Positions 26,065-39,223 of a stretch of 64,000 nt of DNA are shown here, piece by piece. Origin of the DNA: Psammoneis japonica. Lineage: Eukaryota. Within the stretch, counting starts at the first letter, position 1. Every line of letters begins with the position of its first letter. The position numbers and the translations under genes are program-made. The stretch is from positions 186,001 through 250,000 of the forward strand of contig QPGO01000115.1 of NCBI GenBank assembly GCA_008632985.1, given 5' to 3'. The notes under the pieces were generated by a model. That model was not told the origin of the DNA. It saw nothing but the letters and a program-made list of their open reading frames with translations, and did no database searches.

Positions 26065-27001
26065 GGTAGACAGAAGTGGTGTCAGGACAAGCAATTCTTG
26101 TTGGGAAGCGAAGATGGACTTGAAACTTGGGTGAGAATGGACTTGACTTGAAGTGGACTTGACTTGAAATCTTGAACTACCTTAAAATCAGAAGTCGCCG
26201 GGCTGTGCTATCCCGTTCGTTGTCAAGTGCTAAACTTCCCATCTGGTCCGCAGAGTTGTGCCGGCACGTCCGAACCCGCAGCCAGCGGCGCTTTGGGTTG
26301 CTTGCAAGCAGAGCAGCGGGTTGTGAACCCCTGCAGGCAAGCTGACTGGAGGTGGACAAGACCCCCGAACCGTTCTTGTTTTACATCGGTTGGATTTCCC
26401 GATCAGGTTGGCCAGTTGACGCAGGTGTCAGGCGCTGTGGACGAACGAACAAACGCGGGAAAACACCCTCGCCCCAACGCAGGCTGCAATCACGGCTGCT
26501 TGCTCTCACAGTCATCCTCGTGGACCTGGTGGAACTGCAGAGCACCAGCAGTCCAGGGTGGATCAGGTGCAATGGACTCAGTGTGCTTGTAGAGTGGCAG
26601 CAAAACCGTGGTCCGAAGAGTGGGTGCAAGTTCTTGGCCGTGAAGACACGCACACATGTGCATGGCTTCAGCGACGAAGATCCTTGAATGTGCGGGGTTC
26701 TTGACCGTTAACCGATGAACGGGTGTGTCAAGGGATGAGGATCAAGGATGGACTTGGATGTGTCCGTTGATGCATGTCTTCAGCGATCAAAGGCAGCACA
26801 ATCAATCCAGATGTCCAGCGGCAAGGAGACTTGACGGTGACGTTAAATTCCTGCCGATGCCTGGTGTTGAACGCACGTGGACTTGCCGATGCATGTAGAA
26901 CACACACGGAGGTCCACACAGAATTTAAGTGGAGTCGTCGGTAAATCAACGACGACGATGGCGGTTGCTCAATGGGTTGACAATGAGCAAGACTGTTGGT
27001 C

Positions 27002-27278
27002 TGACAGGGAGCTGAAGGCAAATGGCAAGAATTCAAACAACAACTCCTTGCTGCTGTCTAAACAGCAGATGAGTCTCCGCTCAGAGACCGTCACAGGAGC
27101 CGAACGACGTGTGAGTCGGTGTAATCGGGCTACTGTCATTATTCTTGTGAGCCTTGTGGCTCGAAAGCAAACTACATCGCGCGCGAACGCGCGGAACTAA
27201 AGCACACAAAACTGTGCGCGGTAAACTAAACAGCGCGCGACATTTCGCGCGCACCTGAATCCTGTTCAAATCCTGTCA
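27002..27278 (-). repeat. 5' LTR of the Copia element (277 bp)
   Basis: Aligns with 19791-20066; followed by TSD CCACA. Confidence 0.95.
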
Positions 27279-30200
27279 CCACAGCACCAGAGAACAAGAG
27301 AAGACACTCTCTCAGCGGCCCAAAAAATCTCTTGAGCTCAAGCACACAAGAGTTCTCTTGAGCACAAGCACACAAGAGCACAGGAGGCAGCTGGCTTTAA
27401 CTTGCCCCTCAGATTTGGCAGCAATTTTGAACTTTGCCTTGAGTTTCTTGGCATCTCCAGCCAGACAGGTTGCCTTGAACAAGCTGCCCACTGGGGCCAT
27501 GTGATGCTTTCTTTTTTGCATGATGGGAAAGAGCAGTTTTTGCCAAGTGCTGCAAAAAATGGAGCTTGATTTCCAAATGCCAAAAAATTCTTGCTGTTGG
27601 CAAAAAGTGCTTTCTCTGTCAGATCCTTTGAAAGCTGAAAACCAACACCAATTTTTTGAATCTCACATTTCAGGGGCAACAAGTGGTTGTTGTGTTGGCT
27701 TGTCAGGATCTCCAGCATGGCTCTGTGCTCCCCCAATCTCATCAAACTTGCAAGCATGGGCTGCAAGAAAATGAACTTGATGACAGCAGCTCAGTCAACA
27801 TCAACTCAAGTGCCAGTTGGCAGAAGCAATGGTGGCAGCAAACATCGACAAGATCTCCATTGTCAATTGTGAGAAATTTCCACCTTTCTGCATGGTTCAG
27901 TGGGGTGGGGGGGTGAAAAACTGAGGCATCACTTGTGCTGCCATTTTCTTTGCACTTGTCTGCAGGTTTCTCAAATGCTCACTCCCCATGAGAAACTTTT
28001 TGCACAGCAATCATGAAGCAAAGTTTTTGCGAAACTGAGATGTCACCACAATGTTGTGGTTGTTCCACTTTACAATGAGAGGCCCACCACGCTTGTCTGC
28101 AGGCTTCCAGGTTGTCACACACCTTCAAAAATGAGTGGGGTCACTCTTTTGTTCTTGCCAAAGATGATGCACATTTGTTTGTTGCATGTTGCCATCAAAG
28201 CAAAAACATCATCCATCATGACTTGAACAAGTGCAGACAATGCATTGAAAAAACACTCTGACTTGTCATCAAGACTTGTGTTGTTCCTTTGTGGCCATTG
28301 CCAAATCCATGAAGAAGAGTGTCAAAAAGAGTTCTGCACTTGGCAATCTGAGAAAGAGAGAAAGAGATGTGTGGTCCTGCCCAAATGCACCAGAGCCATC
28401 AAATCTGTTGTTCTTGCTGTCAGCACGCAGGTGCTCACTCAAGAAGGGGGCAAGGATGCACACTCCTTGTCTGCATCATCCTCCAATGTGCACTTCTTTT
28501 TCTGCCAAAAAAGCCACAAAACATCAAAACAGCAATGTTTGGCACCACTTCCACACTGCTGCCTGCTGTTTCTCAGACAGTGCCTCACTTGTTGGGCAGA
28601 AGCTTCTTGTTTTACAGTGCTGATGTGTTGCTTGTGCATGATCTCCTCTTGATCTGATGCCAATGGCTCCATGCAGCAGAGCTGAGACACAAAAAAGTTC
28701 CACCACCAGCATCAGATTGAGAGAAAGAGATGTTCTTACAATTGATGCCAGCAACAACAGGAAGCTGCACAACAAGCAATGTTGATGCACTGGTCACAGT
28801 CATTGAAGAAGCTGCATCATTGTTGGATGTGTCCATGCCTGCTGACCAAGTGCCAACCACAACAATGGGTCAAGGGACACCAGGATTGGCGATTGGCACA
28901 CGTGAGTGTTGTCTTTTTTCCTCAGCACCTGTGGATCAACATGTGAGCAGACAAATTGGCCAGCAAGCATGAAGGTCAACACGTGTTTGATTTGACACAA
29001 GCAACTCCCTTTCCTTGTTGCCAAGCACATCTGAGTCTGTCAGATGGCAAAATTGCAGCTGGGTGAAAAGTGAAAAGTGTCAGTCCATTGAGCAGTTGTG
29101 GCCGCTGTCCCAATGGAACATGTCTGACAACAAAACAACTGGGATGAAACAGTGTGACAGACATGATTGGCTGAAAAGTGCTGACCTTGTTTGAAATTTT
29201 TTAAGAAGCGTGTGTCAACGGCAAAGATGATTCATGAATTTCTCCCTGCAAATGAGATTGCCAACCAACACAATCCAGTGAGACCATGTCATTGCCTTGA
29301 TGCTTGTGAGCACTCAATTGAGAACAGGGATCACACACTCAAATGTCCTGACAATGAAGCCTGGTGACAAACTTTTTTCAAGGCCTTCACAAGCATTGTG
29401 ACAAGATTGATGCTGTGCCCCCCTCCCCTGCAAGATTTCCTTTTGTCATCTGTCAAGGCACAGCTCTGTGACCAGATGGTTTGCCAGAGTTGGAAGCATG
29501 GTGCCCCATGCTTCATCTGCTGTGGAGACCTCAGTCAGATGCTGGCTGGCATCAACAATTGTTCAATGGTTGCTTCTCAACCCTGTGGAATGCCTTCCAG
29601 GAGTTGCACCTTCAAGAGCTGGGACTTCCAACATGGCATCAAAATAAAAACCATCTTCTCCAGCATGGGCACTTCTAATCAGATCACACACATGACACAT
29701 GGAGGTCATGGCTGGGCCCTTGGGAGAAGCACAACAAGGCAGCTCATGATGGGCACAATGCAGACACTGAGAAATCCTCTCAACACTGACAAGCAGAAGC
29801 AGAGCTTGCCACCACACACAACAAACACCAAGAATCATGTCTTGCAAAGGATGGAGAAGTTCTGATGGATCATTTCTCTGGATGAACACATGACACATGG
29901 CACCTCTTGGATTCAGAGCTGGGTCACCATGGCAATCGGCACAGCTGGCAAAGGAGTGGTTGTGCTTGAAATTGGTTTTTGTTACAGTCATTGCCAGCAA
30001 CAGCAGCAGCAGCAGTGAGAGCAAGAGATGGCAGCAACAGCAGCAGCAGCGAAAAGTCATTTTGTGAGTTTTGTGTTCTGTTGACACAAAACATTGAGAA
30101 GCTGCCCATGAGAAGAAGATGACCCACCTTGTTTTTGCACTTGTGCACTGCAGTTGCACAGCTTCATTTGTTGTGGAACAACTTGTGAAAAAAGAGCTCT

Positions 30201-30685
30201 CTCTCTCTCACACACACCAGGCTTCCATGCCTCCCAGTTGTGCCCCAGAGCAGAAAAATTGGCTTGCCACCACCTGGAGCTCCAGCAGTGCATTGGCCCA
30301 GTCCCCCCCCCCCCCCCCTGCAACTTGTTTGTGCATGCTGTTGTGGTTGTGTGTCTGTTGCATGAATGCCACCACTAGTCTCTTTGGCGCTGACTGTACC
30401 ATACGTGTAGCGGATACGCAAAGTGGTCGACAGAGCTAGCGAAATTGCCAATTTATGTGTAGAGGTAGAGCAGCTTGTTTAGAACCTCTATCCAGTGCGT
30501 CATGTCATTTTAAGCTCCTCGGGAAAGCACTTGATAAAGTACGACTGCATCCCGCTTGTTAAGAAACTGAACTAGGGCCCTATGTCACGCAAATTTCCGT
30601 CGGTGGTTTCCATGGACGAGTAATAACGATGAGGAGCCGGCAAATTCTTGTCGTGCACATGGTACTTTCTCTATTTTTAAAGTTT

Positions 30686-32450
30686 CTAGGTATTCCTACT
30701 ACCTACCGAAACGAAAAGCGTACCTGCCATATTGGTACCGGAGTAGGAATGAAGTGCTACCCTTGGCGATCCGTCCACTGGCTTGGAAAGTCTTCCATAT
30801 ATCTCATGGCGAAATGCGTTCTCGAGATGCTGGCCCGTGGTATAAATCTTGTCTGAAAACCTAATTGCTTGCCGCGGCACCTTTGTGACAATATGCATCT
30901 CAACCATTGGAACCCGCTCCTCTAAAGTGAGACCATAACGATTTCGAATCAAGACTGTGAACAAAAATATGTAGTCCCTTTTCCACTTTGAACTTTGTCA
31001 CGGGCTAAGACTGAACAGGGTCTTAAATTACGGAGTTCAAATAATCGAGGTGAAAACGCCCATTCAAATACAGAGGCTTCTCCAGCTGTACCCTCCACGA
31101 CCTCGTCCTTGATCTCTCTGTATCGATAAAAACAGGATGCAAATAGATGTTCGGTATGGATGAGCCGCCTGTTCACGTTGCGTACGTAGCCGACTTGTCA
31201 CAACGTCTTCCATCACGTAAGCAGGTGTGTACATGTCTGCGCCTTCAACAGGTTTCCAAGATCCAACATGACGATCCCTCGCTTCTTGCCATGCTTTTCC
31301 ATAGTCGATGAAGACTTCTTGTCCCGGAGCTGTGTCCTGCGCAGCTACAAGTTCCAGCAAGAGACTCGTCTTATTAGATGAACGAGTCTCTGCTAACTTC
31401 TTTTCAATCCAACCGTTGTCTATTGAATGCTGAGACCATTGTAGCTTTGTTTGTCTTTGTTGACTAGGTTGACCAATGGCGACTACGGATAAAGGAGGAG
31501 GGAGGAAATTGGCATGACCAAGACAATATTTGAGCAGGAGCTGGTAGCCATCAACGACAACATCGCCTGTCTGTATAAGCTTTTCCGCAATGGTCCTGGG
31601 CCTTATTGTTCGCGTGGAGAGGAAAAGGCTATGGAACGTGAATCAATCACAACCACGGGTACGGGAGCAATTACCGATCTCTTCTTTAGCAGCCTTGTCG
31701 CAAAGGCACCCCGCCAGCATCGAAGTACCCGGTTTCCAATTGTCGAGGCACCAGGCATTCTCCTTCAACCATCGACTGATCTCTGATCTTTGGCTCGTCT
31801 ACACCGTTCAAGCTTGAAATACGTTCTTGAAAGTAGCCTCTGCCGTAATTCACAATATAGTTGTGATAGTGCGTGATTGCTCCTGCACCCGGAGAGCTTG
31901 TTCGAACGAGATCACCTTCACTCTCTTGGGGAACAACGGGCAAAAACTTTGATCCAGAAGCGCTGCCGAGACCGTTTACTAGCATACCCATCCCAGTTAT
32001 CACAGAAAAGACCTTCCCGCCTTCATAGAAGCCACCCGATCCTTGTCTGTCCCGCCCAGGTGTAATCTTGGAGTAGCCGACGTAATCTGTGGGCATAAGT
32101 CGCGTTGATATCTGCAACTTGAATCACGAGGTCACCGAAAGAAACAGGAACGCCTCGAGTTGTTTCCGCCATGGTAAAGGCACCGCAGCCACTGTTGGGA
32201 ATATATGATTCGGCCGTGACGAGACTACATGAGTGTGGGACTGGGTCGAAGGAACGGGTAGTCTCATCTGCTTGACAGCTCCTCTCAATCAAGAGATGTA
32301 CCGGCAATGGTATTACCGGTATGCTCCTGCAGGAAAAGTATTTTTGTTTCCGGGACGGAATGATCGGTAGTTGCTACTTCTTGGAAGACGCTGCCAACAA
32401 CCAGTATCACTTTCGCAAAGAGGCTTGCGTATTTCCTCCTTGTGCCTCTC
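30686..32450 (-). pseudogene. Diatom-type secreted SET-domain-like protein, frame-broken
   Basis: CSLVTAESYIPNSG.G.F, GMGMLVN, SPGAGAITHYHN, A.QD.APGQEVFIDYGKAWQEA..RHV..WKP, VPRQAIRF.D..YT..QHL.NAFRHEI; several stops and frameshifts with normal TA content. Confidence 0.65.
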
Positions 32451-32749
32451 ATCACTGTCTTTCTTGGTAGCCGAAACTTCGATCTTTCGGGGGCGACGCC
32501 ATTGTAATGCTCTCTGACAACGTCTGACGCCCAGACGGAATTTCGCGGCAACCGTCAAGAAAAAAATTTGAATTTTTGAAAATCTCACCAAAAAATTCCA
32601 ACGGTTTTTCTCGGCAGCGGCAGCGTAGCGGCAGGCCCATGCCGGTTCCGTACGATACTTTCATCTCTCCTTTATTTGATCCACCACTTCGAAACAGTCA
32701 TACATATATCATAAGAGTAGGGTATCTCGACGTACAGTATTTCAGCGAC

Positions 32750-33606
32750 ATGAAGTTCTTACAAAGATTGTTCCAGTTGAAATGCGTATGGTTTGTCCTT
32801 TCAAGCGCGGGCGCAGAGGCGAGAACAAGCAACCACGATGGATTGATTCGGCCGTCTCACAGCAAGAAGTGGGTAGCTGAAATTGTCGGAAAGCGGTTCG
32901 GTCTTTTAGACAGTAGCTTTATCAGTCGTCTCAAGGATGCCAAAGAATCTACAGAGCCATTCGCTGACTTTCTCAACAAAAGAGTCATTCAGTCCTCGGA
33001 CAGGGTGACGACCTTGTGAAGCCTGGTTTCAAAGAGGCGCAGCCCCGGTTAACACCAATCCGTCTTGGAAGCATGTCGCTAGTCACACTAGTTCTTACCA
33101 AAACATTGAATTCGTGCAAGTGTTTAACAAGTCAAGACGTTCCCAAGAATGACGAAAAAGAGAGGCGTCGATGGTGGCAGCGAAGACGAAAAGTCTCTGC
33201 CATTCACGTAGTAAAGAAAAAGTGTGATACCGTCATGAACCATGGATTCTATGCATTGCCTCCAGAGTGTCAATGTGCCATTGGGGTGTTTAGTGGCCTT
33301 CTGCTGTGGCCTCTGGCATGGTCTGTAGGACCAACAGCTCTTTTTGAAGGCAGTATCGCCTATCTCGTTACCGGCGTGGATAGTATGAAACAATCTTTAC
33401 GAAAGACAAATGAGGCAAATCAAGGTGATGATAAAAAGACAATCATTGAGCTAGTGGGATTAATGACAGTCGTGGAAGCAATCTTTCATCGAATTCAGCA
33501 ACGGCTTCCCCGTGACATCCGATCCGTTGCACCAAATGTGCGTCGTGGATACCTCAGCGGTGTCATTGCTGGCTTGGCGGTTCACATTATAGTAGGACAA
33601 CGATAA
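32750..33606 (+). CDS. Hypothetical membrane protein (signal peptide, C-terminal hydrophobic segments), one frame break near 33016
   Basis: Adjacent ORFs 32576-33019 and 33016-33606; ATG at 32750 followed by a hydrophobic leader. Confidence 0.4.
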
Positions 33607-33829
33607 TGCCTGCTTCTAGGCGAGCTTTTTCAATGATTTTTTAATTTATAAGAAAGGTAGTGTGCAGATGAGTAGCATTTGTAAAGAAAATACAAGGCAG
33701 GCAAGATCAATGTCACGCAACACCTTTCTACCATGTAACTCTTTTCGCAACACCTCGTCACCTTGGCATATGTGACTATTTTCAACTACAATGTCACTTT
33801 TTTCTCTCTCTACCGGCAGCATGTTAGTC

Positions 33830-36800
33830 ACTCCGAGATGCCGGGAATCACTGGACGAGGGTGACCGGCCATGGAAACCACCTCACCAGGGAGATCATTG
33901 ACAAGCTTTGGAAGTTGCTGATTTAATCTGAAGAATTTGCCCATGCAAGTTGCGACACACCAGAACATTTTGCCAGGGGAGGTTCCAGTCTGACAACGCT
34001 TTGCTGGATCAATGTCCAATGCACCATCCATGGCTTGAATTTGGGATCCAAGATAAAACAAAATGGAGTCAGGGCAATGCAGCTGAGGAATGACATGCAT
34101 TTTCTCTGATGGGGCATGTTGTTTTTGAATTGCTTTATCGCACTCATTCAGATTGGACAACACCAGCAAGAGAGAATGAGAAATTCGGGTTGATCTTTCA
34201 GAGCTTCCATGAGCACCATCAATGCATCTTTGGCATTTTTGTGTGAAGCCTCAATGGAGTGAAATTCCGCATGAAATGATTTTTGTTTCAGAGAAGAAAC
34301 CATTGAGGAATGAGCTGGATGGGGAGCTTGGCACAGTGTTTGAGAGCCAAGTCTTTTGAGTGACATTGTGATAAATCATTTTACAAAAGTTGTGCAGTGT
34401 GAATCATGCCTGTCCCACTGTTTCATCCCACTCATGGCAGCACATGTGTGTGGCATTGTCTTTCAATGTCTCTTGCAAACAAAAGTGTCATGATGTGAAT
34501 CTCAGGTGGTGCCAGAAAAGTGTGGACATGGCGAACAATGATGTGCAAGCAAGTGCAGGGGAGCGATGGTGAGGTCCACCAACATGATGTCTGATGAAGT
34601 GTTGAGAATGAGCAATGCCCAAGGTCCGCTCAACCATGCATGTCTCTGGAAGTTGTTGACCATGATTTGAGCAAATGTTGAGACTCAGTTTGGTGGCTCC
34701 TGCCATTGGATCTTGGGATGCTTTCTATTTTTGGGGTGCATGGAGGATGACAGTGCAGCCTGTGGCCAGCACAGCAGATGTGGTGTTGGGCTCACCCACA
34801 TGTGAGTTCAAAACAAAAAGAGCAATCTCCTGCATTTCAGAACAGCTGGAAACACCAGAGAAGCCAGCTCTGGTGGGAGCAAGGGTGTTCACTCCACAAT
34901 GGGAGGAGCGGGTCAGTCCAAGAGGGGCACCAGTGGGGCTGGCCTGCAATGGCAGAGGGTGGGCTTGCAATGGCGACAATTTCTTGGTGCAGAAGATGTG
35001 CAAAATTCTTTTCAGCAACCACTGGCATGCAACCTCTTCACAGTGTTGGTCAGCATCACTGTCCCAACAGTGTCAACACAGTCCAAGATGAAAGGGAGCA
35101 CTCTCTGCAAAGTCCATTTGATGCTCCAACAAGTGGTTGGAGCCAGCCACCGGCAACATGACCCAGGATTGGATGAGTGTCTTTTCTCCATCCTCAAATG
35201 CTGAACTGGCTCAAATGTTGATGTCATGGACAAGCACACAGGTGAGCCATTGGGGTCCCACATGTAGATGGCCCTTGCTGCCACAGCACAAAAACAGGTC
35301 TTGTGACCTGGAGACAACCGGGTCATTTTTGAAGATCCCTGTTCTCTTTGAGAATGGAAGAAAGTGTGCCCCCCTCTTGAGGCTCATGAGAAGCATGTCG
35401 TTGGACTTCTCTGTTGCTGCAAATCACCTGACTTCTTTTTCAATGTCACGCACCAAAATTGGACTTTGCTGAAAGTGTGACACCAATCTCTGGCTCTTTG
35501 GGAAAAGCCGGAAAGAGTGCAGATGGAAAGCTCAACACTGTTTGTTTGCAGTGGTCATGTCTTCAAATCCACAGATCCAGACAACTTGCTGCTGATGTGA
35601 TGAAGTTCTTCTGCATTGCCAAAACAATCCAGTGATGACTTCCCACTCAAAAGTTCAAACAAGGCTTGTTGCTCATCACTCTTTCTGCTCCACAGTGTTG
35701 CACTGGATTGGAGCATTTTTCTGCACAAATCATCACAAAAAGTGGCTGGCATTGCACCACAACAGCAACAGCATGTGCCAACATGATGGAATTCTGATGG
35801 TTTGATTTGACCCCATGTGTCAGATTGCATTGGGGGGGAGGGGGCATTTGTCTCTGTGCTCATTTTGGGAGCTCCTCATCATGAGGACACAACACTGGGC
35901 TCTAATCACCACAGCTCTTCCTTTGCAATCATGGCATGCATGGATTTGTTGTTCTTCTTTGCTTTGTTGTTGTGGGCTTTGTTTGTCTCAGGACAAGGTG
36001 GAGTTGGCAAAGTTTGCTCTCACATTGCAAGATGCAGCTGTGTGACATGTGTTCTCTGTGTGTGTGGCAATGTGGGTGCCAGAAAGAAGTTTCACTGATT
36101 TGATTGAACAGAGCTGGGAGAACATGAGCACAAAGCCATGTGTCACAGTGCGTCATGGGAAACTTTGTGAAAACACAGGCTTGGGTGACCTTTGGTGCAC
36201 ACACATTCACACAACATGACCATTTCTTGGCATGTGTCCAACAGAGTTGGGTGCAGAGAGGGCAGCACATTCATGGATGGACCATCTTTGAACACTGCAG
36301 TTCTTTGGACAAAATGTCATGAGGGCTGATGATCAGCCCATTGTGCCAGTCTGTTGAGCAACCCCATTTTGCAGCCCCTCTCTGTGCAGAAGAAATGTGC
36401 TGCAGTGTGCAGGGTGTGTGTGCAATGGAAAAGAGCTCAGCTCAAGAACACTCTGCTGCTTGCCATTGTGCTCTCCCCCAATGTTTGTGCAACAAAGCTG
36501 TCCAAAAACTTGAACATCTTCTTTCACATGGGCTGCAATGATGCACAGTGCTTTGTGCAAGACATGAGAGAAAATCTCACATTTAGCTTGCTGGACATCA
36601 AAGGTGCCACAAGTTAAAAGGCTCTCTGCAAGATGCAACAAATTGCAAAATCCAAAATTTCAACCAAGTCAGCGCACATTGTGGGGCTGTTGGGCACGGT
36701 CTTGCTTGCCCACCCTTGTGGCATTTCTGCCTCTTCTCAGCCCTGGTTGCCATTTGTCTGAGTTTGCAGCAGCTGCAGCACATGGTGCCATTTGGGTGCC

Positions 36801-38880
36801 TGCCACTTGTGGCTGTGATGTGAGTCATGAAAAAATGATGTTGTCACTTTTTAGCTCAGTTTCTCACACAGTGCATGGCACCATTTTTTTGCAAAAAAGG
36901 TGGAAATGAGAAAAGCTCTTGGGTTCTTCAAAAATTGCCCACCTGCTGAGTCATCACAAAATGTTGCATTGATGACATCCTGTTTCAGCGTTTGAGTCTC
37001 AGCAGATGGCATGACATTGTCACATGGTGCAACACATGTCAAAACAAAAAACATCAAGAAAAGGTCATCAGACAAATGGCAGCCTCATTCAACAATTGTG
37101 CCACATCAGTCAGCCAGCACGCTCACCAAAACATGATGGCATCCACACAACTTTTCATTTTTTGAGCAAAAAAAACCAAAACAGGGAGCACACCAGCAGC
37201 TGTTGTTGTTTGGCACACCTCTGAAAGTCAAGCAAAAAATTTGATGAGACTTGAGAAGACTGGGCAAATCAAAGTCATTTTTGTGGTGCGCCTCTTCCCA
37301 AACACACAAGGCACGTTTTGAATGGCTTCATTTGGGTCTGCCACATCACAGCTGATCACTGATGAGACAGCACAAAAAAACTTTTGGGTCAGCCCTTTTT
37401 TTGCTGCAAACCATTTTTCAAAGGGTTGAAGTTGTGCTTGAAACCTGAAATGGGGGTGCATTGGTTCTCATCACTTCTTTTTCTTGGCATTTTTCTGGGG
37501 CCCTTGCTGGCAGAGTCCCAGCATGTGGCACATGGCACATGGCATGCTGCCCCCCACAGAAGTGCAGCCAATGGGCCAGCAGGTTTTGTTGCTGCACCTT
37601 GTTCTTTTTTTCTGCTCTTCCTGGCATCTGATTTGGTTCCTGACATGTGTGGTCATTGCTTTGTGTGATGGTCAAACAGGGCTGTAATTTGGGTTTGGCC
37701 AAAGAATGCCAAAATGGGGATGCTGCTGGGGTGTGCATTTGGTGGCTCACACAAAACAAAGTGGTTTCTGCTCCAAGAATGAGGCTTGTTTTGCAAGTTG
37801 GCATGTTGAACAGCAGCTCATCAGTCTGTGTGTGGTCTGTCAATTTTGCATGGTTTGTCATCCAAAAAAGCACCTCCATCACATCGTGATGCAGCAAACC
37901 ACCCCCACATTGACACTTCACATTGGAGCATGTCAGGCTTCATGTCAAGTTCCTTGCCATGAACACTCAGAACTTAGTTTAGAGAGCTGCAACAGTGTCA
38001 ACACGGCACAAGCTCATTGTGAGTTGGGAGGAACACATCAAACAAAATAGTTTCTGCTCCAAGGAGGAGGCTTGTTTTACAAACTGGCGCTGCGGCACCG
38101 TTGGACAGCACATCATCAGTCTGCATGGTCTGTTGACTTAGCTGGTCTGTCATCCAAAAAACATGGTGCTCTTTGCCATGAGCACAGAACTTTAGAAGGC
38201 TGCAAAAGATGTCAAGGATAACAAGAGGAGCAGATCACACCAATGTTGAGATTGCAACAGATGTGCAGTTGCCACCAAAGGCACAGCCATTTCCACAGCC
38301 AAAAAGAGCAGCAGCATTGGCTCAGAGTTTGTGTCAGTTAATTTTAGAAAAAGCACTGCACCAGAAAGTTGAATCAATTGGGAGGGCAAGTGGGAACAGC
38401 TGCACTTGAAATGGCAGTCTTTCGGAGCACCTTTTGGCCCCTTTCAAAATGCTTCACCAGGTGGCTAGTCAAGTGATGTTGGAAGTGCTGCTGCATGAAA
38501 TGGTCTCAGAGGATGAAAAAAGGAACATTTAAAGTTCAGTCCAATGGTGATTGTCACATGCCCTGTGGCTGCTGCAACATTGTGATTAGTTCTTGACAGA
38601 TGACATGTGGGACTTTGTCCACCATGATTGACCGAACCATGTGTGCTTGGTTGTGCTCTCTGAGAAGTGTCAAAAGAGATCAGGAAGACAAATTGCAGGA
38701 AATGCAGAAGCTGCCACAAAAGTCCATGTGGCCAAGATGAGAAGTTTTTGTTTGATGCATCCAATGCCAAGGAAGAAAAGTTTCACATTCCGACTGCAGA
38801 GCCTCCTGTCCACGTCTGCCAGGCTGTCTTTTGACAGCAAGTTACCAGCGATGCCGAAGGAACACCGCACACCGCTGCCT
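33830..38880. other. TpA- and CpG-depleted degenerate block C (unidentified old repeat or transposon)
   Basis: TA and CG both rare; no recognisable domain; internal ~120-bp direct repeat 37755-37870 / 38040-38165. Confidence 0.75.
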
Positions 38881-39223
38881 GTCGAGGACAGTCAAAATTT
38901 CTCTCTGCTGCTCTGCCGAACTTAATTCCGTTGTAAGAAAACACTGCAGCATTTGGTGTTGACGGTTCCGATTCTCGGACAGGCTGCAAAGAGTGAGAGG
39001 TCCTGGCACCACCGTATCCTTAGAAGTGTTCGTCACATCACACAAGGCAAACGGCTCAAAAATCACAGCCTACAATGTGGCATATCGTAATCGATCTTTA
39101 ATTGTTATAGTTTTCTTGCATTGAGCGATTGCAGTGCAAGGTCAGACAACGTCGTGAATGGGCGAAGCTACTCCTCAACTGGCTTTGGTTGAGCTAAATT
39201 GAAAATGGGAAAGATAACAAGTT

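Larger units (their letters stand above)
19791..27278 (-). mobile_element. Full-length Ty1/Copia LTR retrotransposon (CoDi-like), 7.49 kb
   Basis: LTRs 19791-20066 and 27002-27278 with TGACAGG...CCTGTCA ends; 5-bp TSD CCACA at 19786-19790 and 27279-27283; purine tract GGGGAG next to the 3' LTR; gag-PR-IN-RT-RH order. Confidence 0.97.
17600..30375. other. TpA-depleted transposon-rich block B
   Basis: TA depletion from ~17.6k to an abrupt end at ~30375; contains a full-length Copia nested in older unidentified degenerate sequence. Confidence 0.85.

Noticed and set aside
26980..27001. Primer-binding site next to the 5' LTR
   Set aside because: No TGG-starting tRNA-complementary sequence that I can assign confidently
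19791..27278. Classical RIP or CpG decay as the sole cause
   Set aside because: RIP creates TpA and stops; CpG decay cannot turn TAY into TGY/CAY, and this element is still CpG-rich
2900..38800. Hundreds of short Cys/His-rich ORFs as metal-binding proteins
   Set aside because: They occur in all six frames and follow from TG/CA excess and stop-codon loss
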